Source of the DNA: Octopus bimaculoides
Lineage: Eukaryota
NCBI RefSeq assembly: GCF_001194135.2
Contig: NC_068988.1
Span: 73,519,923-73,557,693, forward strand
Direction: 5' to 3'
Length of the DNA: 37,771 nucleotides
Shown here: positions 1-10,949 of the stretch, piece by piece
Position numbering within the stretch: the stretch's first letter is position 1
How the letters are laid out: every line of letters begins with the position of its first letter
The notes under the pieces: model-generated
Database searches by the model: none
Told to the model about the DNA's origin: nothing
What the model saw: the letters and a program-made list of their open reading frames with translations, nothing else
Program-made: the position numbers and the translations under genes

Positions 1-30
1 TAACTATGCCCCTGTGACTAATAAAAGAAT

Positions 31-50
31 TTCTTCTTCTTCTTCTTCTT

Positions 51-136
<86 letters not shown>

Positions 137-153
137 TATTATTATTATTATTA
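31..153. repeat. Compound trinucleotide microsatellite (TTC)n(TTA)n
   Basis: Direct reading of the sequence. Confidence 0.97.
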
Positions 154-950
154 AGCATATATTTAGTTTTATTTTATACTTGTATTTATTTTCTTCTTTT
201 CCTTTTGGCCTCTAGCTTTCTTTTCTTCCTTCCCTCCTTTACTTTACCCTCCTTCTCTCACGTATCTGTTTATTGGAATGTCACAATTAACTATTCATTA
301 GCAAGTCTGCCTGGTTGTCTATTTGCTTCCTGGACTGATACTGACTTGGTATGCGAACTACAAAAAAGCCAATTTTGACACTAATTACCTGTCCGCTTGT
401 AGACGCTCATCATGGGTTATTTTCACACCACAAGACCACTCGCTGATCTATTCATATTTTCTTAACAGGTGAAGTTACCCTTAATTAAGGAAAGAAAATC
501 ATAAAAACTAACTAAATATAACCAGCTGGAATTGTTAAGGTCAAAGCGGCCGAGATCAAGTTGTTCTGGCAATATAGATGTAGTTCACTTCATACTATTA
601 CAGTAATCTTTCCATATTGAATGTAGTATAAGGCAAATGAACAAGCTTAAGTAACAGCTTAAAATGTGTTTTTTCTTTAATTTTACAACGAACCCCAATA
701 AATCTCAGAATTCAGAATTAATTCACTTGTTAAATTGAAACTAACACCAAACCCATATAGTTTTGTATTTCATTTCACTCTATGAGATTTTAATAGATTA
801 TTCTCGAACGCATCAAGTTATTCTGACATCAAATTGTTCATTTCATACAGTCACAGCAAACTTTCCACATGAGATGAGATGAAACATTCAGTGTATCACC
901 AACAAACCTATCTTGAAGAACCACGCATCACTAACAATTTTTATATATAA

Positions 951-1033
951 AGCGTGGGTAGGTGAGTGGTAAGAAGCTCGCTTGACAATCACATGGTTCC
1001 AGATTCAGCCCCAGTGCGTGGCACCTTGGGCAA
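951..1033 (+). mobile_element. 5' fragment of a tRNA-derived CORE-type SINE
   Basis: Pol III-like head (GAGTGGTAAGAAGC...GGTTCCAGATTCAGCCCC) followed by GCACCTTGGGCAAG, which resembles the start of the CORE domain (established GACCTTGGGCAAG motif). Truncated afterwards. Confidence 0.6.
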
Positions 1034-1199
1034 GCTTTTTATCTCTCTATACTTTTTATATATATTTCTTATATATTTTTTTACATGTTTTTTTTACATA
1101 TTTATAGATATATTTTAATATTTTTATTGCTTTATATATTTTTACACTTTTTTCCTGTATTTTACCTTCCACCCTGCATTTTTCTTGTGCCTATATAGA

Positions 1200-1600
1200 C
1201 GTGTATATGAAATTTTGTGCGCGTGTGTGTGTGTGTGTGCGTGTGAGCGGGTATGTATATTTGTATACATGTATATGCACATGTGTATGATTGCATATAT
1301 ACGTGGGAGTCCACGCGAGTGTAAGTGAGCATATGCATATATAGCATGTATGTATTTTAGACGTGCATTTGAATATAACTGTGCCTGTATGGTTACGTGT
1401 GTGTGTGTGTGTATGCGTGCGCGCGCGCGGATTTGTATACGTGTACATGCATGGTTGCATAATATGTGCATCTATTTGGTGTATGTGTGGGTGCGCATGT
1501 GTGTGTTTCATGCGAGTCTGAGTGAGCATATGCATATAGGCAGATGTACGTGGGTGTGCATACGCGCATGTGTATGTATGTACATGCGCGCACACGCGAT
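1200..1600. repeat. Degenerate alternating purine-pyrimidine low-complexity tract (TG/TA/CG)
   Basis: Direct reading; it generates the HTHT/CVCV ORFs in the track. Confidence 0.9.
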
Positions 1601-1761
1601 TGCTATGAGCTTTTTTACTCCATTACTTTTTACTTCCTCCCTTCGGATTTTCCCCTCATTTAACGGCCATTCTAATAGCTCTTTTGTCTTAATAACGGTC
1701 ATTTACATAGTAATTTCCTTTTGTTTAACGGTCATTTTCATGGGTTATTTTAATTGCCTCT

Positions 1762-1823
1762 GTAACTGAAGAAATGGTGGTACAGGTTTCTGCGACCCCG
1801 ACATCCGAAACTCGGAGTTTTAT
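1762..1823 (+). ncRNA. Degenerate minimal type I hammerhead-like motif (possible Penelope-like element terminal remnant)
   Basis: CTGAAGA at 1766-1772, GAAA at 1807-1810, near-palindromic stem III ACTC-G-GAGT, GUU triplet, and 4-bp stem I (1762-1765 with 1820-1823). The base of stem II is mismatched. Confidence 0.35.
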
Positions 1824-2285
1824 TATGACAACCGAATAATCGTCACATATTATATTACAAATATACACACACACANNNNNNNNNNNNNNNNNNNNNNNNN
1901 NNNNNNNNNNNNNNNNNNNNNNNNNNNNNNNNNNNNNNNNNNNNNNNNNNNNNNNNNNNNNNNNNNNNNNNNNNNNNNNNNNNNNNNNNNNNNNNNNNNN
2001 NNNNNNNNNNNNNNNNNNNNNNNNNNNNNNNNNNNNNNNNNNNNNNNNNNNNNNNNNNNNNNNNNNNNNNNNNNNNNNNNNNNNNNNNNNNNNNNNNNNN
2101 NNNNNNNNNNNNNNNNNNNNNNNNNNNNNNNNNNNNNNNNNNNNNNNNNNNNNNNNNNNNNNNNNNNNNNNNNNNNNNNNNNNNNNNNNNNNNNNNNNNN
2201 NNNNNNNNNNNNNNNNNNNNNNNNNNNNNNNNNNNNNNNNNNNNNNNNNNNNNNNNNNNNNNNNNNNATATATATATATATATAT

Positions 2286-2510
2286 ATATATATACATGCG
2301 TTTGTGTCTGTGTTTGTCCCATACCACCACTTGACAACCGGTGTTAATGTGTTTACGTCCCCGTAACTTAGCGGTTCGGCCAAAGAAAACCGATAGAATA
2401 AGTAACAGGCTAAAAAATGTACTGGGGTCGATTCATTCGACTAAAAATGTTTTCAAGGCGGTGCTCCCAGCATGGCCGCAGTCTAAACACTGTAACAAGT
2501 AAAAGATAAT
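2286..2510 (+). mobile_element. 3' body and tail of an octopus-type SINE
   Basis: GTTTACGTCCCCGTAACTTAGCGGTTCGGC...GATAGAATAAGTA...GGGGTCGAT...GGCGGTGCTCCCAGCATGGCCGCAGTC...AAGTAAAAGA, following a (TA)n tract and a gap. Family recognised from memory. Confidence 0.65.
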
Positions 2511-2949
2511 CAGACAGTATCTTTTGTGACTAAAAGTGTACTTTAATAACGCCAGTACTTTGTTTATCTATAGTATTTTATCTTTTGATTTCACCAAATT
2601 TTTACACAGGCTTATTTTTTTAAATGAAATATAAAATAAGTATGTTTGGGAATGAATATGATACTTGATATTATTATATAAATATTTATTTGGTAAAAAA
2701 AAGTATCAATATATATATTATAGAGAAAAAATAATTGAGTAAATTGTCATTGCTGGATTAAAAGAAGTACCTTTATTTAACATGCTGGCTCAAATTCTCA
2801 AAGGCTTTGTAAGGATGGAAACGTCACAATCATGATGAGTTACAATTTGAGATGTAAGAATCAATATGGTAGAGCTTGCTGTGTTTTAATGTTAATATTC
2901 CTACAAGGAAATGAGATGGAATAATAAAACAGTAGACTAAACTTTAAGT

Positions 2950-3035
2950 CAGCCTCTACGTTTTGAGCTCAAATTCTGCTGAGGTCTTTCATCCATCCGG
3001 GCTCAGTAATATACGTACCAGTCATGTAACAGGTC
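2950..3035 (+). mobile_element. Degenerate tRNA-derived SINE fragment
   Basis: TACGTTTTGAGCTCAAATTCTGCTGAGGTCTTTCATCC...GTACCAGT aligns with the better SINE copies at 29978-30350. Confidence 0.6.
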
Positions 3036-3968
3036 GGTTCAATTTGCTTTATTCTTTTCTTTGAAGATTGTAGCTCTGTGCGTATGTGAGAAAATAAAGG
3101 TTAAGTTACTTATACGCTGTTAGCTACTTTGAGAAAATCACGAACGCAACATATGAACTTAGAAGTTTTATGTTTTGTCAAAAAGAGACCATTATTTTTA
3201 CTTGAAAGTTCTTTTGCTCTGCATAAAATTTTGGTTTTGACAGAATGTCTTCATAAAGTCCTCTATTTTTCATAATATATTTTTGTGATGTACAATGTCC
3301 TTCATTTTTTATAGAAGATTATGGAAATATTGCATTATGAATGGAATCTTTTCGTCTTCAGTAATGATATTTTCTAAGTTGGTTAATTGCTTATTTTGAA
3401 AATCGCAAAAAATTCATTCAAAATGATGAATTTGCTTAGGAAATTTATAGACAATTAAATAAATATAATATGAGATTTGTTGAATAGTTAAGTCAATTCT
3501 TGCACGATTGATCTTACATTTATCACACGAATAGTCTGAAGAGCGTCCATGTTGACCATTTCAAGTCTGAAATAAAATCTGCAACTGAAATAGTGAAAGC
3601 TATTGTTGATCAGTTTTAATATTTAGCATTTCATTTGGTTACTTCTCTTTTCTTCGCCCATTTATCGGAGCCATTAAAGAATATGAAGCCTGGTATTAGG
3701 TTTTGCAGGAGATAGTCTCAGGTTTAATGTACTTGTATCTTCTGGAAAATACAAAAGAAAAAAAGATGAGGACCAATAAGTAAAACGTGTATGTATGTAT
3801 GCACGTGTATGTGTGTGTGTGTATGTATGTGTATATATGTATATATATGTATGTATGCGCGCGCGCATACATGTACGCACACATTCGTACACATGCACAC
3901 TGCGCACATACATAGCTGCAAATTCTCTTTGCTAAAATATTTCCTCCTTTCGTAACGAAATTTTCTAG

Positions 3969-4079
3969 TGCCACGAAATGATGAGATCAAAGTGGATTCG
4001 ACGAGTATTGAAGACTTTATGATTGACGAGGGATTTAAGGATTCTATACTTGAAACGAGAAAGAAAATCAGATTATATG
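3969..4079 (+). CDS. Candidate internal coding exon A of an unidentified host gene (phase 1-1, 111 nt)
   Basis: ttttctAG acceptor, TG/GTatac donor, purine-rich open frame xPRNDEIKVDSTSIEDFMIDEGFKDSILETRKKIRLY; in frame with candidate exon B. Confidence 0.4.
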
Positions 4080-4336
4080 GTATACTTTGTTCCATCTCAA
4101 AACGCTCACTAAAAAATCTAGATATTGGCTTCTGGGAAGATGATTCTTCCTTGTAATAGAGCTATGAATGAAACTTTAGGTTTTATATATCTCCCGATTA
4201 TTTGAATATACAGCACTTATAAAAAAATTTTAATCAAATAATAATGAATTTTAATTACGTAATTATAGAAATAATTACATTTACTGCTAATGAAACATTT
4301 TTTCAGTACAATTAAATTAAGAACTATATATATATA

Positions 4337-4338
<2 letters not shown>

Positions 4339-4381
<43 letters not shown>

Positions 4382-4388
4382 GTGTGTT
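4339..4388. repeat. (TG)n microsatellite
   Basis: Direct reading. Confidence 0.97.
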
Positions 4389-4389
4389 T

Positions 4390-5480
4390 TAGATTGAAGG
4401 TTTTCGAATTTGAGACTCAAATCACCACGTTCTGTGCTTCTTTCATATCAAATAATGCGTTTGACCAAAACCAGATTCCCCAGTATACAAACTTGAAAAC
4501 GTTACTAAAATGGGCGCAACAGCTACATATGTCTTAGGGTTGTTTGTAACAGATTTTTCATTCATCCAATAATATCCAATTTCATTAAATGTGAATATAG
4601 ATTTCACTTGAAAATGGAAAGAACTTGAAACAAATTCTTATTTTAGAAATATGTCTAAATTTACACTTTCCGTTAAAGTTTACTGCAAATGGGGGAATGA
4701 TCCATTCAGAAATTTCTGTTTAGAAGACTTTAAATCGAACTTTAATCGTGTTGCAAAATCTTTAATCTGGTTTGTATAGATCAGCCATTCATCAAAAACA
4801 CTTTCTTCTGATTGCTCTATAGATGACAAATTTACAAAATACCGAAGATGCACCAGCTCAAAGTACACTTGTATAAACCAAGTTCAACCTGGAAACTTAA
4901 AATAGCAGTTCTAGTCTCAATAACTGTAACTTCTTTTGCATTTCATTAAATTGAAACTTCTTTTGTATTTCGATAAATTTACCATATAAGTATGTCAGGT
5001 ATAAAAAAATGATTTTCTTTTACTTAGCTTTAACTTTTTAGCAAGTGCAGAGTCTGTAATACCTAAAATCTCCACTGATGAATTAGATATCTCTAAGAGC
5101 CTTTGTAAGACACCTCCTAACCACCTAACTTCTGTATGAAGAAAATCTTTAAATAGGTCGTTTTTTTTTTAATATAAATTTGTAAAAAGTCGAGAATTAA
5201 GAGGCTTTGCTTTAATTGTATTTGTAATTCTGATGTATATCTTCAAACTTTCATGAAACTCTTCTTTGAGGTTTTTACCAACAATATGTTGCTAGGTAAA
5301 ACACAATGTTTTATAAGTACATTGAAACTTCTTGTTTCAGTAAAACTGAAAACCTTCTATACCTACCTATCATCGCTGGTGCACCATCACATACATTAGA
5401 AAGTTGTCTCCTCTTTTAAGTTAATTTTGAATGAATTATCAAAATGGAATTCATCAATAACACAATGCCAGAATGAATTA
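4390..5480 (-). pseudogene. hAT Buster/Charlie-family transposase remnant (SCAND3/ZBED5/FAM200-like)
   Basis: Minus-strand motifs in the canonical order across frameshifts: CDGAPAMIG (~5370), HCVL..QHIVGKNL, NTIKAKPLNSRLF, HTEVRWL (~5130), SEWIIPPF (~4700), TFSSLYTGESGF and TERGDL (~4420). Confidence 0.9.
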
Positions 5481-5729
5481 TTTTTCAAAACAATAAGAAA
5501 AAATGTTGTTGATAAAAACAAAATCTTATAAAAACAAATAATATTGGTTTTTCATTTACGGCAATGAATAGATATTGCATGATGCTAACATATTTCCNNN
5601 NNNNNNNCAAATGGCCCAAACCATCGCATCAACCTTTAAAATTTCCAGTAAGTTGAGTCATATCAGTTAAAGGAAAAGGAAACATCAAATAAAAAGCGTT
5701 TGAAATGTTAATAAAGTTAAAATAACAGT

Positions 5730-6300
5730 GCCAGTATAATAATAAACTATAAACGTTCATTATTTTTTGTTCAGTTATAAAACTGCGTTCTAGAATTTTT
5801 GGCATTTCACCGGTCAACTGAATTAACCTTTCAATAGAGGTTCTTAATATAAGATCTTCCTTATTTCCATCATTGCTTTCTTCTTTCTCCTGACTTACAA
5901 CTTACATCCTCACAATTTCCGAGTCAGTATAATAATGAATATAAGCTACAGCATCGTCTACATGGATCTACTATTTAACATTATCTTCATCTTCTGCGCA
6001 AGATCATTTGCAGCAGAATTAGCCAGGCACGAAACAAAGTAGTTTCTTTTGAAACCCTAAACCGTGTAAAGTAATTTGCAGTATCTTTAACAGGTGCAGA
6101 TACAAGCGTTAAACCTGGTCGCAATCTAAGCTGTCAATTTTCGGTGCGGATGCCTCTAAAGCAGAGTTTCTTAAAGTAGTCCATAACTGAGGGTGAATAA
6201 AATTTTGACAGGATGAAGTAGACTTAGTACCAGATTACGTACACCTAATACAAGGCCTGATTGTGTGAAATTGGAATATACTTCTTTTATTAAAGCTGCC
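5730..6300 (-). pseudogene. pogo/Tigger (jerky-like) transposase C-terminal remnant
   Basis: Minus-strand KDTANY...KETTLFRAW, then IHVDDAVAYIHYYTDSEIVRM*VVSQEKEESNDG...SIERLIQL...LERSFITEQKIMNVYS, resembling the acidic C-terminal region of Tigger/jerky-like transposases (recalled similarity). Contains in-frame stops. Confidence 0.65.
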
Positions 6301-6433
6301 AAAACATTACAAAAACTGCTGCTCAGATCTTCAGTTCCCGTTCGTCGGACAGTTGTGATCACAACTATCCGACGAACGCAAACGTGAAACTCTGAGTAGC
6401 AGTTTCTGCGATGTCTTTGCAGTTTTAATCAAA
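6285..6433. repeat. Long imperfect palindrome (~74-bp arms, no spacer)
   Basis: Perfect 16-bp core AGTTGTGATCACAACT (6351-6366). Pairing continues out to 6285/6433 with about a dozen substitutions and one bulge (hand alignment). Confidence 0.95.
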
Positions 6434-6746
6434 AAGCATGTTATTCTACCTTCGGTATTTGGGGTACTATTTTTTCCATCTATATATACATACACACATA
6501 CACATGCACACTCCCTGCCCAGATAGTGCAGTTGTCTACGAAACTGAGTTCGCCTCTGTTCTGTCAAATAAGGGAGTCGGAAGAAAAAAGTGTGAAATTA
6601 AATTCAAAAAGAGATATTCTACAATATATAATATAATGTAATCGTGGGACACTGAAGAAAAAAAATTAAGTAATATGCACATTAAAATAAACATATATAA
6701 GCGTACCAGACGCATACATATATATATTTCTTATTGATTTAGTCAG

Positions 6747-6824
6747 AAGCGGAAGAGCAACGGAAAAAAGAACCCACGACTCCTCTAGTTACTGCAGCAG
6801 GAAGCAGTGCAACAAGATATGGAG
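6747..6824 (+). CDS. Candidate internal coding exon B (phase 1-1, 78 nt)
   Basis: Acceptor ttcttattgatttagtcAG, donor GAG/GTATGC, open frame (E)AEEQRKKEPTTPLVTAAGSSATRYG. Confidence 0.45.
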
Positions 6825-6859
6825 GTATGCTCAGGTTATAAAATTTTATAAAGGCAAAA

Positions 6860-7045
6860 GCGACGCAGTTGGTGGTATTAAACTGGGCAAAAGAATATGT
6901 TTATCCACCAAGAACAGGTACAGATCGGCCGTTTCTATTAGCAAATTTCTGTTTTTTGGGCATGGGTTGACTCAAGGAGGATATTGTACCACGAATTCGA
7001 ACGACCCGATACCACTTAATTGTGAAACGAATTTCTTAGCCATTG
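6860..7045 (-). mobile_element. Degenerate tRNA-headed SINE-like repeat
   Basis: Minus strand shows TGGCTAAG (A-box-like) and GTTCGAATTC (B-box-like). Confidence 0.4.
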
Positions 7046-8732
7046 GATTATTCCTACTCTCATAAATGCAGATGCTTACATAAACTGGATTTCTCCAGCA
7101 GTCACTACTTAAGTATGAGCCAAGCTATACACGCATTTGTAAGACCTTGATAATAAAAAACTGTTTTGCCTCAATGATCTTCGAAAGACCGCAGAAAAAT
7201 TTTTTAAATTTAAGGAGCAAATGAAGCGGAAATGGAAATTAATGAAATGATTGAAGTCACTCTAAATATCACAAAAATTCCCAGTTCAATTTGAGTTGAG
7301 ATTTACTTTCTTCACTTTTTTTAACGTATGCTATTTTTCACTTTATTTCTATCCAACTTTTTTTTTTTTTTCATAATTCTGTACTTCCATTTTCCTTTCA
7401 TATTCGTTCTTTTCATGTCTTTTTCCTCTTACACTTTCTCATTAAAATCACAGCCTCTCCAGTCATATCTCTCTTCCTCTTTCTATCCATCTCTTCCATT
7501 CTTTACCCCTCTCTTTTATTTTATTTATTTATATTTCTTTTCAGTCTTTTGTCAGCTGTTTTGTGTAAGCAGATAAAGGGACAGTTTGTTCTGGCGGCAA
7601 AGCAGTGTTGTGAATTCATCATGACGAGCCCCCTCCCTAAACATTCTGGATTCGCTCGAACCGTAGTAGGCAAGCTACATAATGAGTAACCACGCCTCTC
7701 TTGTTAGAAACGGACAGGATGGAGCACTGAACTAATGGAAGGTCAAATCTAACAAATAGACATTGATGGTTAGAATGTGTTAGTGAAAGAAAGATTAACA
7801 GGGGCTTGTTGAAGGTCTCTATGTCGTATGTGTTCACGTCTGTTTGGTGCGTAGATAAAAATGCTGACATCAAATTCGTAATGGGAGAGCCGATTTTATG
7901 AACTGGGTACTCATTACCTCCGAAGCCAGGCTTCCACTATCGTCAGTCAACAGGCCAGTTGGTAGTTAATAGAGAATGGAAAGAGAAGTAATTAAAGAAT
8001 TAAAGGTACAGGTTTGAAAGGCGTTGCCATGAGGGATCTCACATAAACGAACTACGGGAAAACGCTTTCATATTGCAATTAAGAGAGGGTTGTTAGGGAA
8101 CACTGTTATTCCAGCTGGAAAGAGTAGGGAGTAATAGTGTGGGAAAATGCATGAAATGAACAGTGACAATATGTAAAATATTATTGAGTATGAATGGAAT
8201 GAGTGTTTATGTGTTTGTGTATGTATGTGTATGTGTGTGTGGAGAGGAGAAAAAAGACTGAATGAGTTTCAGAAAGATCGGAAATGCGCGTGTAAGCGGG
8301 AGAACAGAGAAGCTGAGAGGGAAACTGTGTGTTGTGTATGTACAAACACGGCAATATATCTTTGTATGCCAGGTTTTTACAGAAGAATTGGTGTATGAAT
8401 GCATGTAAGAGTTGAGTGCATGTGAGGGAAAGAGGACAGGCGAGAGGATGTACAACTTAGACAGAGAGAATCAAAATGAAAGTGTAGATGAAAGAAAGAG
8501 ATATTTACAAGACATATCGAATACTTAATGAGAAGTGAGCAGAAAGCATTAGAGTCAAGCGACTGCTACTGCTGTAGTTACTACTGCTAGTGACGGTAAA
8601 ATCAATTCAAGAGATTTTACATGCATAGTTGTTTATAATTTCGTAACAACAGTAACAGCATACTTACATGTGAGGGGAACAGTCAATATCCAAAATTTAT
8701 TAGAGACAGCTGAATAATTCTAATAATTATAA

Positions 8733-8995
8733 TGGTTTTTGATTTAAGTATAAGACTAGCAAATTTTAGATGAGTGATTTAATTGACACCATTGACCCAA
8801 GTACTTAGACAGGTACCTTATTTTATTAAACTCAAAAGGATAAAAGGCAGAGATGATCTCGGCAGGATTTGAAATCAAAATTTTAAATGTCGCATAGTAT
8901 TTTTCTGATGCTCAATCCTTTCGGCTATAGGCACAAGGCCTGAATTTTGAGGTAGGGACTAAGTCGATTACATCGATCCCAGTACTTGACTCATA
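8733..8995 (-). mobile_element. Two adjacent SINE pieces (8733-8913 degenerate; 8914-8995 3' fragment)
   Basis: GGTACCTTATTTTATT...AAAGGATAAAAGGCAGAG..CTCGGCAGGATTTG and CCTTTC..TATAGGCACAAGGCCTGAA match other copies in the window. Confidence 0.8.
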
Positions 8996-8996
8996 C

Positions 8997-8997
<1 letters not shown>

Positions 8998-9064
<67 letters not shown>
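8998..9064. repeat. (TAA)n microsatellite
   Basis: Direct reading. Confidence 0.97.
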
Positions 9065-9065
<1 letters not shown>

Positions 9066-9430
9066 TGGACCAACTATGTGAAGTGCAGAATAGACAACAT
9101 TATCGACAGCAGAACGTGTGATGAGAGGTGAATGCCCGAAATTGGCACAACGCGAATACAAAAGATGCCATGATAATGTGGTAAGAATGATCCATTGGAA
9201 GCTCTGTGGATATCACGGCCTACAAAGAGCGAAGGCGTGGTATGAGCAAACCCCAGAAGGAGTCACCGAGAATGAGAATCGCAAAATCCTGTGGATGCAA
9301 TGATTCAGTGCGATCACCTGATCAGACATCGGAAACCGGACATTGCTGCGGTGAATAAAAAAGAAAGAACATGCATGATAATCGACATAGGATGCCCCTG
9401 TGGCAACAGGATCAATGTGAAAGAAGGTGA
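9066..9430 (+). mobile_element. R4/Dong-clade non-LTR retrotransposon 3' fragment (restriction-like endonuclease domain)
   Basis: TNYVKCRID, ECPKLAQREYKRCHDNVVRMIHWKLC, KILWD, RKPDI...CMIIDIGCP (PD...D RLE motif) across ORFs 9118-9303 and 9291-9566. Confidence 0.88.
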
Positions 9431-9795
9431 TTGCTACCTGTCCCAGATGCTAGGAAATCCAAACATGGAAGAAATTAAAAAAATATTGCTCGTATCCTCC
9501 GAAAAATATTGTCTATGTAATCCCAAGAACATTTTAATTTGTAAACATTGTCAATTGTTCTTTTAAATGTACATAACAGCAAACAACTTTTACACTATTA
9601 TATTATAATCAAATTACTTTTAAAACAAACTTCTTTCTTATGTTTTGACAGACTTTCTCTAGAACAATACCCTGTGCAAAACCAAAAATAAAACACCCTA
9701 CTTGAACTTCAAACTTGTTGCCTCTTGGTGAAACTTAGAATGAACTTGTACAAACACAAAGCAAAAGCCAACCATATAATAATAATAATAATAAT

Positions 9796-9995
9796 CCTTT
9801 CTGCTAAAAGCACAAGGCCTGAAATTTTGGGGAGGGGTTAATCGATTACATCGACCCCAGTTCTTAACTGGTACTTATTTTATCGACCCCGAAAGAATGA
9901 AAAGCAAAGTCGACTCCGGTGGACTTTGAACTCAGAACGTAAAGACGAATGAAGTGCTTTAAGTATTTTCCCAGAGTGCTAACGATTCTGCCAGT
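9796..9995 (-). mobile_element. Near full-length tRNA-derived SINE
   Basis: B-box GTTCAAAGTCC on the minus strand, central GCTTTTCATTCTTTCGGGGTCGATAAAATAAGTACCAG core, (ATT)n tail. Confidence 0.9.
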
Positions 9996-10637
9996 TAAAA
10001 TTAATTCTTTCTCTCTGATCAATGTTAGAAACTTATCTAGAATAGTATTATATATGTTATTCTATTGTGCTCTTTCTTTCTGTCTGTCTCTCTCTGCCCA
10101 GAATAGTGATATAGATCTAGTTTGTTTTCTTTCATTCTGTTTTCAACGTTGGAATCTTGCTTACCTGTGATTTTGCGTTTCTTATGTTAAAAGCTGTTAT
10201 TTTGAGGTTGTGTTTCAGCTTTGGTTACGATATCTCATAAAAACTAGGGCTAATATTTCCATATGCATTACGTTAAATGCAGGTTTAAAAATTTTGTTTC
10301 CTCTCCTTCATCATCAACGTTAGTAAATTAGTTGCATGTCACTTTAAATAGATTTAGTTTGTTTTCTCTTACCATTTTATAATAGTGATATATTTCTTTT
10401 TTTTTTTTTTTTCGTTTTCTCTCTTCAATTTCAAAAACTTGCTTGCTCGCCGTGCGCCCACCCAATTCCAACCCAACATATACTGAAAATCTCTGTGCCG
10501 GAAATCTTGAAATCCTAATTTTACCCTCTCTACTATGGAATCTTGATAATGATAATGGTAGTGAGGATAATAACAATAATAGAGATGGTAATTGCGGTGA
10601 TAATAAGAATACTACTGGTTGTAGTGGTACTAATAAT

Positions 10638-10838
10638 CCTTTCTAATATAGGCACAAGACCTGAAATTTTGAGGGAAGGGGCAAGTCGATTTCATCGACC
10701 CTAGTACTCAACTGGTACTTAATTTATTGACCCCGAAAGGATGAAAGGCAAAGTCGACCTCGGCGGAATTTCAACTCAGAACGTAGCGGCAGGCGAAATA
10801 TTACTAAGCATGTTAACAGTTCTGTCAGTTCGCCGCCT
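10638..10838 (-). mobile_element. Full-length tRNA-derived SINE with perfect target-site duplication
   Basis: Flanked by identical TTGTAGTGGTACTAATAAT (10619-10637 and 10839-10857). Core GCCTTTCATCCTTTCGGGGTCAATAAAT resembles the Nin/Deu-type SINE domain (from memory). Confidence 0.93.
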
Positions 10839-10949
10839 TTGTAGTGGTACTAATAATGATGGTAGTAGTGACAGTATTGACATTTATATCAATAACTAAT
10901 AATATGCCAGGTCACTTTTAGTGCTATTGGTAACATGTAATTGAGTGCA

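Noticed and set aside
3310-3780. Protein-like frame with scattered TAG/TAA stops (FLSWLIAYFENRKKFIQNDEFA*EIYRQL...) suggesting stop-codon reassignment, and a kinase-like EIVSGLMYL word
   Set aside because: TGA stops also interrupt the frame, no family motif is recognisable, and the rest of the window uses the standard code. At most an unidentifiable decayed sequence.
9635-9730. Acceptor-like tttcttatgttttgacAG
   Set aside because: All three downstream frames stop before a plausible donor.
10155-10260. Minus-strand CAG/GTAAG donor
   Set aside because: No convincing acceptor gives an open exon of useful length.
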